From positions 73,678 to 137,677 of the forward strand of contig JABWCD010000005.1 of assembly GCA_013359265.1 (NCBI GenBank): a stretch of 64,000 bases of DNA, written 5' to 3'. Position 1 is the stretch's first letter, and each line of letters opens with the position of its first letter. Shown here one piece after another: positions 47,208-55,712 of the stretch. The notes below the pieces were generated by a model. That model was given only the letters and a program-made list of their open reading frames with translations. It made no database searches and was not told the origin of the DNA. The translations under genes were made by a program, and so were the position numbers. Source of the stretch: Candidatus Hydrogenedentota bacterium. GTDB taxonomy: Bacteria; Hydrogenedentota; Hydrogenedentia; Hydrogenedentales; SLHB01.

Positions 47208-48317
47208 ATGCCATACAGGCCAAAGGAAGAATTTGTCCAAATGGCTAAGCAGGTGGTGGTAACGGGAAGGCCGCTCACTATTTCCGTGCGACAGTTGTTG
47301 GAGTTCTTTTGGCAGGAAAGGCGCGGCAAATACGTTACTCGGTACATTCGGAGCAAACTAACGAGTCTGGGGGTCGAGACGGATCCTCCATTTGAAGATG
47401 AACATATTGACGGTATAATCAAACTCTTTCCGCGGGAAAAGCGGGGCCCGGGCCGACCACCAAAAGCTGGTAAGAAAACGCCCGGTGCCGTTGCTGTGGT
47501 ACCACCTGCCCTTGTCGTAAACGATACGGAGTCGAGCCCCGTTATCGAGGAAAATATCCCGGTCGAAGATTCGGTTGAAGATGAGCGCCGCTCGTACTTG
47601 CCCATTTCGCTATTGAGCGCAGCAAACCGAAAGCCTGTGAGTGTGCGTCCAGGCGATGAGATTGAAACGGTCGTGTTCCAATTAATGTCCGAAGGACTCG
47701 CTCATTTGCCCGTGTTACGGGATTCTAGAAGTCCTGAGGGAATCATCACTTGGCAATCATTGGGCAAGGCAAACGCGGGTGGCGATCCTCCGAAGACCGC
47801 AAGAGAGTGTTTGGATGTCGACGTCCGTGTTGTCGGCTTGGATACGCCGCTGTTCGATGCTGTTAGGGACATCATCAAAAGCGGCGTAGTATTGGTGCGG
47901 AACAAGAGCAATGAGATATGCGGCATGCTCACGGCGCAGGACATCGCGGAGCAGTTCGTTGCGCTCTCTGAACCTTTTTTGTTTCTCGAACAGATCGAGA
48001 ACCATCTTCGTAATTTGTTGATTCGTGCCAAGCTCTCGCAACAAGAACTGAATTCTTTTATTGATCCGGCCGACAAAAGAAGAACTCAAGGAAAAATAAC
48101 CGTAGATGACCTGACCTTTGGCGAGTATTTGCGGGCGATGTCGAAGGAAGAGGTTTGGTCGCGACTAGCACTTAGAATTAATCGGAAGCTGTTCATCGAT
48201 CGGATGGATAAAGTGCGCGAGATCCGAAATAGCGTAATGCATTTTCATCCGGATGGAATTTCAGATGGCGATCGTGAACTGCTCGCCAAAACGCGTGAAA
48301 TGCTACAAGGTCTGTAA
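47208..48317 (+). CDS. CBS-pair / HEPN-domain protein with AT-hook (putative nucleotide-sensing RNase effector)
   Basis: AT-hook KRGPGRPPKAGKK; two CBS-like segments (ETVVFQLMSEGLAHLPVL; LFDAVRDIIKSGVVLVRN); C-terminal HEPN Rx4H motif REIRNSVMHFH. Confidence 0.6.
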   Translation: MPYRPKEEFVQMAKQVVVTGRPLTISVRQLLEFFWQERRGKYVTRYIRSKLTSLGVETDPPFEDEHIDGIIKLFPREKRGPGRPPKAGKKTPGAVAVVPPALVVNDTESSPVIEENIPVEDSVEDERRSYLPISLLSAANRKPVSVRPGDEIETVVFQLMSEGLAHLPVLRDSRSPEGIITWQSLGKANAGGDPPKTARECLDVDVRVVGLDTPLFDAVRDIIKSGVVLVRNKSNEICGMLTAQDIAEQFVALSEPFLFLEQIENHLRNLLIRAKLSQQELNSFIDPADKRRTQGKITVDDLTFGEYLRAMSKEEVWSRLALRINRKLFIDRMDKVREIRNSVMHFHPDGISDGDRELLAKTREMLQGL

Positions 48318-48529
48318 CAGAAATGCCATAGGATATAGGATTCTTGCGAATCTCACGGCATGGAGCCCAATTTAGTCCTACGGCAAGATTCATCGTATCA
48401 CAGAAAATGCGAATTGATAACACGAATGCGCCGTGATGCACACGAATGGGCGCCAGGCCAGCGGGTTTGGGACGCGCCGTAAACGGCTAACCGACAAGAG
48501 CCTGTAAATGTTGGGAGAGGGCTGCGTAT

Positions 48530-48616
48530 GCCATGCAAGTCGAAAGCGGAATTTGTGGCACTTGCGAAGCAGCAAGTTCGAAAAACCGGACGTCGTGCAT
48601 GGGCAAGAGTGAAAAA
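48530..48616 (+). pseudogene. Remnant N-terminus of a paralog of the CBS/HEPN gene, running into the tRNA-Pro 3' end
   Basis: MPCKSKAEFVALAKQQVRKTGR aligns with MPYRPKEEFVQMAKQVVVTGR of the 47208 gene (12/22 identical). The reading frame continues into tRNA sequence. Confidence 0.5.
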
Positions 48617-48695
48617 TGGTCGGGGCGACTGGATTCGAACCAGCGACCCCTTGCCCCCCAGGCAAGTGCGCTAAACCGGGCTGCGCTACGCCCCG
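48617..48695 (-). tRNA. tRNA-Pro (anticodon GGG), CCA encoded
   Basis: Manual fold: acceptor CGGGGCG/CGCCCCG, D-arm GCGC..GCGC, anticodon stem CTTGC/GCAAG with loop CTGGGGG (anticodon GGG, G37), T-arm GCTGG-TTCGAAT-CCAGT, discriminator A, CCA. Confidence 0.8.
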
Positions 48696-48847
48696 ACCGA
48701 AGGTGAGAATGCGTGATTTGTACGTGAAGTTTATCAAATGGGTGGCGACTGTTCCAGTGGCGGCTTCTTGCCGAACTATCTCCAGCGAATAAAGCGAATG
48801 CCGCGCAGGACTTGCGCGGCACTTCGCATTGATCGCGTGCGTTCGGG

Positions 48848-49249
48848 CTATCGACTGCAGGTCCAGAATCCGTCACGCCACACTCTGTATGTCTTCGTCG
48901 TGTAGTGTCCGGGCACCCAGACTTTCGTGTGGTAACCGTTGGACACCATCACGGTGAACGTGACGCCGTGTACCGTCTTGTGTTTGTAGACGGGCGGCAC
49001 ATAGTCCGTTCGGTAGTAGCCGGGGACCCACACTCGCTGATACACGGTTTCGTAGCGGCCGGGGACGTACTTGCAGTGTTTCCCGTGCTGATGGTGGCCG
49101 TGATGACCGCCATGCGGTTCGCCAACCGCGATGTTCGGCACGTAGAAGTTGTAGGGAGCCGTAACCGAAACGCTGGCGCCGTGGGCCCAGGCCGGCGCCG
49201 AAATCAGCGCTACTGTGAGGGCCGCAATTGTATACCTTCGCATAACCAA
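48848..49249 (-). CDS. Small secreted protein with His-rich motif (HGGHHGHHQHGKH) and YxxP/VPGxY repeats
   Basis: Signal peptide MVMRRYTIAALTVALISAPAWA; His cluster; repeated VWVPGYY/VWVPGHY segments. Confidence 0.5.
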   Translation of the reverse strand: MVMRRYTIAALTVALISAPAWAHGASVSVTAPYNFYVPNIAVGEPHGGHHGHHQHGKHCKYVPGRYETVYQRVWVPGYYRTDYVPPVYKHKTVHGVTFTVMVSNGYHTKVWVPGHYTTKTYRVWRDGFWTCSR

Positions 49250-49409
49250 CGCTCCTTTCGTCTGCTGGGATTGTTCCAGCCTTGCGTTCGCAATACTCGT
49301 AGATCAGGACGCGCGGGGGGATGCCGCATTCATTCCGGCGTAGACGGGGCGCGGATTTGACGTTATGCGGAAATCGTGACGACGCGCACGGAATGGGGGA
49401 GACGGGGCG

Positions 49410-50309
49410 TTACGAGAACAGGCGGCGAATCGAGCCGAAGAGGCCGGGCTTTCCCAAGGTGACGGGCTTTGCGCCTTGGGCCATGCTCGTCTTGAACGGC
49501 TGTTCCAAGACTCGCACCAGCAGCACTGTCACGTTGTCCGGCGCGCCGCCTTCAAGCGCGCGGCCGACGAGTACGCGCGCGGCGCCTTGCAGATTGCCGC
49601 CGGTAAGTATGCCTGCGATGGTGTTGTCATCGACGAGGTTCGACAATCCATCCGAACACATCATGATTGTATCGCCGACTTTGAGCCTGACGGCGTAGAG
49701 GTCTGCCTTCACGGCGTCTTTTGTTCCGACCGCGCGCGTGATGAGGTTTTTCAGCGAATGCGTGCGGGCTTCGTCTTCCGAGATGTATCCGTTGCGCACT
49801 TGTTCGGCCACGAGGCTGTGGTCTTCCGTGACCTGGTACAGGGCGTCGCGGTAGAGGTAGAGGCGGCTGTCGCCGACGTGCGCGATGTACGCGTGATCGC
49901 CGTGCACGAGCAGCGCGCACATGGTGGTGCCCATTCCGTAGAACTCGGGATGATTCTCCGCTTCCTGGAAGATGCGGCGGTTGGCCTGGCTGACGGCTTC
50001 CTGCAAGCGCTCGGGCGCGGTGGTCTCGTTGCGCGCGTAATATTCCTCGACGAGCGTTTGCAGACCGAGCCGGCTGGCAAAGTCGCCGCCGCTCACGCCG
50101 CCCATCCCGTCGGCCACGGCAAATAGAATGCCGCGTTCGCGGGCGAGTTCCCTGTCCTCCGGGACGCACAGCGTGCAGCCGTCTTCGTTGCGCTGCCGCT
50201 TCTTGCCCACGTCCGACAACAGGTGCGCTTCGAGAAACGGACCGGACCAGTGATATTCAAAATTTCCGCCGCGGGGCGGACCTAGTTGGGTCTGTGGAAT
50301 TACCGCCAT
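49410..50309 (-). CDS. PP2C-family Ser/Thr protein phosphatase
   Basis: FAVADGMGG, HVGDSRLY, MCSDGL and GAPDNVT motifs. Confidence 0.85.
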   Translation of the reverse strand: MAVIPQTQLGPPRGGNFEYHWSGPFLEAHLLSDVGKKRQRNEDGCTLCVPEDRELARERGILFAVADGMGGVSGGDFASRLGLQTLVEEYYARNETTAPERLQEAVSQANRRIFQEAENHPEFYGMGTTMCALLVHGDHAYIAHVGDSRLYLYRDALYQVTEDHSLVAEQVRNGYISEDEARTHSLKNLITRAVGTKDAVKADLYAVRLKVGDTIMMCSDGLSNLVDDNTIAGILTGGNLQGAARVLVGRALEGGAPDNVTVLLVRVLEQPFKTSMAQGAKPVTLGKPGLFGSIRRLFS

Positions 50310-50456
50310 CCGGTTTTTTCATTCCTGCGATGCAGTGCGAATGTGCGCGCGAATTCGCCGCAGCTCATGGCCGCACCCGGTTAGTATCTGCCTATAGTTT
50401 ACCGTATTCCCCGCAGCGGGGTATTCTAGGGGCGGATTCCGGCGCATTGCAACCGT

Positions 50457-51479
50457 TTAACTGGCGCGCGACGGCCTGGCCGGACGCCTGGGCGCGGCGA
50501 GCTTGATGACCAGCAGTTCGAGCGCGAGGGTCCGGTCGACGCCGGTCGAGCGGAGCATCACTTCCGTATTCATGCACAGCGCGAACGCGTCGCGAAACTT
50601 TTCCTTTCCGAGCTTTTCCGCGAGGGGTCTGACCTTGTTTGCCAGGAACGGTTTCACGCGGGAGGCGTTGGCCGTCGCGGCGAAATAGGCGGTCTTGATA
50701 AGCCACGTGATCGTGCTGAGAATCTCGAACTCGCTCTTGTTCATGTCGAGCACGGTCCGCAAGGTCAGCAGCGCCGTGCGGGTGTCGGACTGCGCGATGG
50801 CGTCCGTCAGCGTCCAAATCTCGTCCTCGGCCACGTCGGCGCACGCCGCGTGTACATCGGACTCCTGAATTGTCGATTCCGTGCCGATGTAATTACAGAC
50901 GAGTGTGACCGCGTTGAGCACGTCAGAGAGTTTTGTGCCGCTGCGTTCGACGAGCAGTACGGACGCATTCGCGCCAAGCGTTTTTCCACGCGCTTGTGCC
51001 TCGTTCCGTGCCCATGCCGCGGCTTCCCGCTCGTGCATTTCCGGGCATTCGACGACGACGCCGTGCTTCTCGCACAGTTTGAACAACCTCAATCGCTTGT
51101 CGATCCGCGGGGCGATGAGCATGAGTATCGTGGTGTCGTTCGGCGATTCGAGATAGGCGTGCAAGGCCGCGCCGCTGGATTCGGACTCGTACTTGTCGGC
51201 TGCGTGCACGACAACGACGCGGTACTCCGTGAGAAAGGGGAGCGTGCGCGCGGCGTCGACAACATCCGAGGCGGCGGTTTCGTCGCCGTAGTAGAGGTGG
51301 TAGCTGAGGTCGCGCATCGAGGGTTCGACGTGGCGCGCGACGACATCATCGACCGCGCGGTGGGCCAGCAGCGGTTCAAACGTCGCTTCGCGCGCTTTCG
51401 GCGCCCGGTGCGGACAGAAGAGGTAGACGTTTGCGGGTTTGCCTTTACCGCTTGTCTTCAGGAATTCGGCGACGTCCAC
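50457..51479 (-). CDS. holA: DNA polymerase III delta subunit
   Basis: HolA-like N-terminal domain (VYLFCP...). Conserved lptE-holA synteny, as in E. coli. Confidence 0.7.
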   Translation of the reverse strand: MDVAEFLKTSGKGKPANVYLFCPHRAPKAREATFEPLLAHRAVDDVVARHVEPSMRDLSYHLYYGDETAASDVVDAARTLPFLTEYRVVVVHAADKYESESSGAALHAYLESPNDTTILMLIAPRIDKRLRLFKLCEKHGVVVECPEMHEREAAAWARNEAQARGKTLGANASVLLVERSGTKLSDVLNAVTLVCNYIGTESTIQESDVHAACADVAEDEIWTLTDAIAQSDTRTALLTLRTVLDMNKSEFEILSTITWLIKTAYFAATANASRVKPFLANKVRPLAEKLGKEKFRDAFALCMNTEVMLRSTGVDRTLALELLVIKLAAPRRPARPSRAS

Positions 51480-51482
51480 GGC

Positions 51483-52043
51483 CTACCAAGGCTCGACCGT
51501 GCGATAGAAAATGTCCGAGGCGAGTTGTTCGAGCGCTTCGGATGCGCCGCGGTTTTCCTCTTCCGTCGAAAACGAACGTACGCTCGGCAGGAACGCTTCG
51601 GCATTGCCGCGGAGGCGGTCCGACGACTGGCCGGACGCGCGCGTGTAGAAGCTGGTTTCGCCGGCCATCGTTTTCTCTTCCCATACGACGCGGCCGGTGC
51701 CGCCTTCCGTAAGGCGCGCGCTCGCGAGCACAACACAGAGGAACTGGGTCACTTCGTCGTCTTCGTCGTAGGTGATGCCCTTTAGGCGGTAATCGCGAAT
51801 GATGCCTTCGAGGACGAGGTCGGCCTCGCCTCGCCCGACGACGCGCAGGCGCCCGTCGGTGATGAATTTCCGCGTGATCGCGTTGGTGAGCGGCGCCTGA
51901 AGGTCGTACTGGCGGCTCGTGTTCTGGAACGCGGACACGAAGATTGTCTGGTACTTCTCGTCCAGCGAACTTTTCGTGGTGTATCCACAGCCCGCCGAAA
52001 TCAATACCCCGCCGGCGAGCAGGGGCAACAGGAGCCGGCGCAT
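51483..52043 (-). CDS. lptE: LPS-assembly lipoprotein LptE
   Basis: Lipobox LISAGC; LptE-like beta-sandwich region; positioned immediately upstream of holA. Start at the ATG at 52043 overlaps the bamD stop (ATGA). Confidence 0.65.
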   Translation of the reverse strand: MRRLLLPLLAGGVLISAGCGYTTKSSLDEKYQTIFVSAFQNTSRQYDLQAPLTNAITRKFITDGRLRVVGRGEADLVLEGIIRDYRLKGITYDEDDEVTQFLCVVLASARLTEGGTGRVVWEEKTMAGETSFYTRASGQSSDRLRGNAEAFLPSVRSFSTEEENRGASEALEQLASDIFYRTVEPW

Positions 52044-53026
52044 TACGACGGGGCCTGCCAACGCTTGCTGTGTCCGTGCTGTTCCAACCATGCCTGGGCT
52101 TCCGGCGCGGAGGTCGTACTCGGGAACTGCTCGACGACCACCTCATAGTAGATAGCCGCGGAATCGAACTTGCGGCGCTTCTCGTAAAACTTCGCCGTGC
52201 GCAACCGCTGTTCGGCGACGCGGTTCAACATCTCGGTCTTGATGGAATCCAGTTCGGCGACGCGGCTGTCGTCGGGGAATTTTCGCTTGAAATTGTCGAC
52301 CGCATCGACGGCCAACAAGCTGGGCGATTGGTCGTACGCCGGCGGACGCGAGTCCTTGTAATGGCACATGGCCAGGCCGTGGCTCGCTTCGTCCACGTAG
52401 TCCGATGCGGCGTAATCGTCGATGACGCGCTGATACTCGAACGCCGCTTCCCTATATTCTTCCAACGTGTAGTGGCAGAGGCCTACCTTGTACTGTGCCT
52501 GGGCCGCGGAATCCGTAAACGGCTGGTTGTCGATCACCATCGCGTACACGGTTATCGCGCGGCGGAACGGCCGCTTGCGGAACGGGTGCCACCAGCCCTT
52601 GTTCAGGTTCGCGGTGCCGCGATCGTAGAAGTGGTCGCCGATCTCGTATTGTTTCGCAATGACTTGATCGAACAAGTCGCTGTCGGGATAGACAGCGACG
52701 ACTTGCTGAAATTCCTTCGCTGCCGGCAGCAGATCGCCTTGCGCCAACATGATCTCGCCACGGAGATACTGGTTGTCGTCCGCCCATTCCGTGTCGCTGT
52801 AGTAGTCCTTGAACTTCTCGGTTTCGCGCAGGGCCTTTTTGTAGTCGCCTTGGACCATGAGGCTGCGCGCGAACTCGACTTGGAGTTCGGGGGTTTCTTT
52901 GGGAAGGCGCTTCACGTTGATCCACCGGCCGGTCTGCGGACTCCACGTCCACTGGGCCTGGGCGACACCCTGAACCATCACCGTCAGCGCGATTGCCGCG
53001 CCTACCCACCGCAACATGCTGTGCAT
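52043..53026 (-). CDS. bamD: Outer-membrane protein assembly factor BamD-like TPR lipoprotein
   Basis: Signal peptide, TPR-like repeats (LMVQGDYKKALRETEKF..., YKVGLCHYTLEEYREAAFEY) and a ComL/BamD-type C-terminus. Confidence 0.6.
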   Translation of the reverse strand: MHSMLRWVGAAIALTVMVQGVAQAQWTWSPQTGRWINVKRLPKETPELQVEFARSLMVQGDYKKALRETEKFKDYYSDTEWADDNQYLRGEIMLAQGDLLPAAKEFQQVVAVYPDSDLFDQVIAKQYEIGDHFYDRGTANLNKGWWHPFRKRPFRRAITVYAMVIDNQPFTDSAAQAQYKVGLCHYTLEEYREAAFEYQRVIDDYAASDYVDEASHGLAMCHYKDSRPPAYDQSPSLLAVDAVDNFKRKFPDDSRVAELDSIKTEMLNRVAEQRLRTAKFYEKRRKFDSAAIYYEVVVEQFPSTTSAPEAQAWLEQHGHSKRWQAPS

Positions 53027-53475
53027 GTACAGGTCTCCTGGCTCCATAAATTGTGCCGAACAAGTCTACACTAGGAGACTTCACCCCCGCAAAGACCCAC
53101 CATCGGCGTCGTCAACATTCTAACAAGAGCTCCGGAGTGGTGCAAGGGCCGAGTTTTGAAGGACCTAAGGGACCAAAAGGACAGGAAGGACCGACCGAAC
53201 CGAAGGGGCACGGATGTCGCACTTATTCGTGCATGGACGCACGGGCACGATGCCCGTGCTCCCTTTGTGCGCAAGACAGAGCGAGGGTGAAACACGGCCC
53301 AGCCTTTGCGCAGCCCGTCATTTGGACGGACGATATGTCTGTCCATACTCGCCAATTTACGATGTCCGTTTGGACAATGGCGGCGGGCTTCGACGTTGAG
53401 GGGAGAGCGTCCCGGCTTTGCGCTCGATTCGGCTGCCTTGCGATACAGCCGGCGTTCGAGGCGGCCATTATTCCT

Positions 53476-53504
53476 TGACGGTTTCGCGCAAAGCGAGTAG
53501 TATC
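53476..53504 (+). promoter_or_regulatory. Sigma-70-type promoter: TTGACG, 17-nt spacer, TAGTAT; upstream of a ~155-nt leader of the MFS transporter gene
   Basis: ttgacggtttcgcgcaaagcgagtagtat gives near-consensus -35 and -10 boxes with 17-nt spacing. Confidence 0.5.
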
Positions 53505-53661
53505 TCGCCTAACCGCTGCGCGGCGGGGGCCGGGTGCGAAATCCTTATCAGACGCGGGAGGCGCGTGTCTGCGCGAGGCCGCTCCGGTAAACGCTGTAGC
53601 AGCAAAGAGGGCGTCACGCTGGGAAGGGCCCCAGCCGTAACACGAGAGGGAAGGGGATAAC

Positions 53662-55239
53662 ATGGGTGCGCAAGCCGAAGCCGGCCAGACCAAGGCCGAC
53701 AAAGCACTGTTCTGGGCCTGTTTCATGTCGCTCATTGCGACGGCGTTCGGGTTCGTTGTCCGCAGCATGATCATCAAGGACCTTGGCGCGGAGTTCGACT
53801 TGTCGCCGACGCAACAGGGCGAAATTTTCGGCGCGGGGCTGTGGCCGTTCGCCATAAGTATCGTGCTGTTCAGCTTAATCGTGGACAAGATCGGTTACGG
53901 CCGGGCGATGGCGTTCGCGTTCGTTTGCCACGTCGTTTCGTGCGTGATGACGATCTTCGCGACGGGATACTGGTCGCTCTATCTCGCGACGTTCATCATG
54001 ACGCTGGGCAATGGTTCGGTCGAGGCTGTTATCAATCCCGTCGTCGCCACGATGTTCTCGAAAGAGAAGACGAAGTGGCTCAATATCCTGCACGCGGGTT
54101 GGCCAGGCGGTTTGGTGGTTGGCGGCGTGATGGCGATTGCTCTAACGGCTTTCGGAATAGAAAGCTGGAAGTGGAAGGTCGGTCTGGTGCTAATTCCGAC
54201 CATCGTGTATGGCGTCATGATGATTGGGCACAAGTTCCCGGTGCACGAACGCGTCGCGGCGGGCGTCTCGTATCATGCGATGTTGAAGGAAGTCGGCATT
54301 CTCGGCGCACTCATCATCGTCAGCTTGATGACGTTCGAAGTGGGGCGCGTGTTTGATTTTGCGCGATTCGGTGCGTTTGAAATCGCCGGTGGAAAGATTC
54401 CGTACCTCAACATTGCGATCATCGTCGTGTTGGTCGGGGCGTTTGGCGCGTTCACGAAATCGTTGGGCCAACCTCTGTTCATATTCCTGCTGTTCATCAT
54501 GATGCCGCTTGCGACCACGGAACTTGGTACGGATAGCTGGATCACGCCGTTGATGGAAGGCGAGATGGGCAAGCTCGGTCTGAACGCCGCGTGGGTTCTT
54601 GTGTACACGTCGTTCATCATGATGGTGTTGCGGTTCAGCGCGGGTTCGATTGTGCACCGCATTTCGCCGCTCGGATTGCTCGCGGCGAGCGCGGCGATCG
54701 CGGCACTGGGGCTAGTCTCACTTTCGTATGCGTCGGGCGTGATGATCCTGCTGGCGGCGACTTTGTACGCGTTCGGCAAGACGTTTTTCTGGCCGACGAT
54801 GCTCGGTGTCGTGGCGGAGCGCTTCCCGAAGGGCGGCGCGATGACGATTAACACCATCGCGGGCGTGGGCATGCTCAGTGTGGGAATCGTGGGCGCGGTG
54901 TTCATGGGCAAGATTCAGGACAGCGCGATCGACCGCGACCTGCTCGCGTACGATCAGAAGAACAACACCCAGTTCCACGCCAACCTGGTCACGGAGAAGA
55001 AGACCAGTATCTTCGGCGATTACTTGACCGTCGACCAGAAGAAACTCGAAGCGGAGAGCGAGGAGAACAAGGCGGTCGTGAAGGAGGTTAGCATGCTCGC
55101 GAGCAAGGGCGCACTGCGCACGGTCGCCGTGCTCCCGTGCATCATGCTCGTGTGTTATATCATCCTAATCGTTTATTTCCAATCGCAGGGCGGCTATAAG
55201 CCGATTCACCTCGAAGGGGAAGGCGGAAGCGCGCACTAG
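53662..55239 (+). CDS. MFS transporter (sugar/fucose-permease-like)
   Basis: 12-TM MFS topology; GAGGGAAGGGG RBS region upstream; 525 aa. Confidence 0.75.
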   Translation: MGAQAEAGQTKADKALFWACFMSLIATAFGFVVRSMIIKDLGAEFDLSPTQQGEIFGAGLWPFAISIVLFSLIVDKIGYGRAMAFAFVCHVVSCVMTIFATGYWSLYLATFIMTLGNGSVEAVINPVVATMFSKEKTKWLNILHAGWPGGLVVGGVMAIALTAFGIESWKWKVGLVLIPTIVYGVMMIGHKFPVHERVAAGVSYHAMLKEVGILGALIIVSLMTFEVGRVFDFARFGAFEIAGGKIPYLNIAIIVVLVGAFGAFTKSLGQPLFIFLLFIMMPLATTELGTDSWITPLMEGEMGKLGLNAAWVLVYTSFIMMVLRFSAGSIVHRISPLGLLAASAAIAALGLVSLSYASGVMILLAATLYAFGKTFFWPTMLGVVAERFPKGGAMTINTIAGVGMLSVGIVGAVFMGKIQDSAIDRDLLAYDQKNNTQFHANLVTEKKTSIFGDYLTVDQKKLEAESEENKAVVKEVSMLASKGALRTVAVLPCIMLVCYIILIVYFQSQGGYKPIHLEGEGGSAH

Positions 55240-55370
55240 CAACGCTACAAACGTATTCAGCGGGGCGCGGCACGTGCGAGTGCCGCGCCCCGTTTTTACT
55301 ATATAGCGATGCGTGAAGCGATGGCTTGCTCGTGATACACTTGCATTGTTTGAAGCAAGGAAACTAAGCA

Positions 55371-55577
55371 ATGGCAACCCCATCTATTGTGCCTCGATTC
55401 ATTGTGGACGAGTCCGGAAAGCGCACGCAGGTGGTGCTTTCGGTTCGTGATTACAATCGACTTCTCGCTGCATGGGAAGACGTCGCGGATGCGCGGGATT
55501 TCGGCGAGGCCAAGCGCACTTCGAAGACCTTCGTGCCGCTTTCTAAGTTAAGCCAAACGCGTAAGCGCCGCAAGTAG
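55371..55577 (+). CDS. Small hypothetical protein (68 aa), possibly an orphan antitoxin-like protein
   Basis: ORF with a basic C-terminus; no partner gene; weak. Confidence 0.3.
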   Translation: MATPSIVPRFIVDESGKRTQVVLSVRDYNRLLAAWEDVADARDFGEAKRTSKTFVPLSKLSQTRKRRK

Positions 55578-55712
55578 ACGTGAGTCAGAAGTACGAAGGG
55601 CGAGCACGAAGAAATCGTGTTGAGAGTGTTTTGGCGACGTTGCAATCCCTGACTCCACTTCGCACAATACCTCGATTCCGCTTGGGGAGCGGGTGAGAGG
55701 GAGCTTTGCCGA

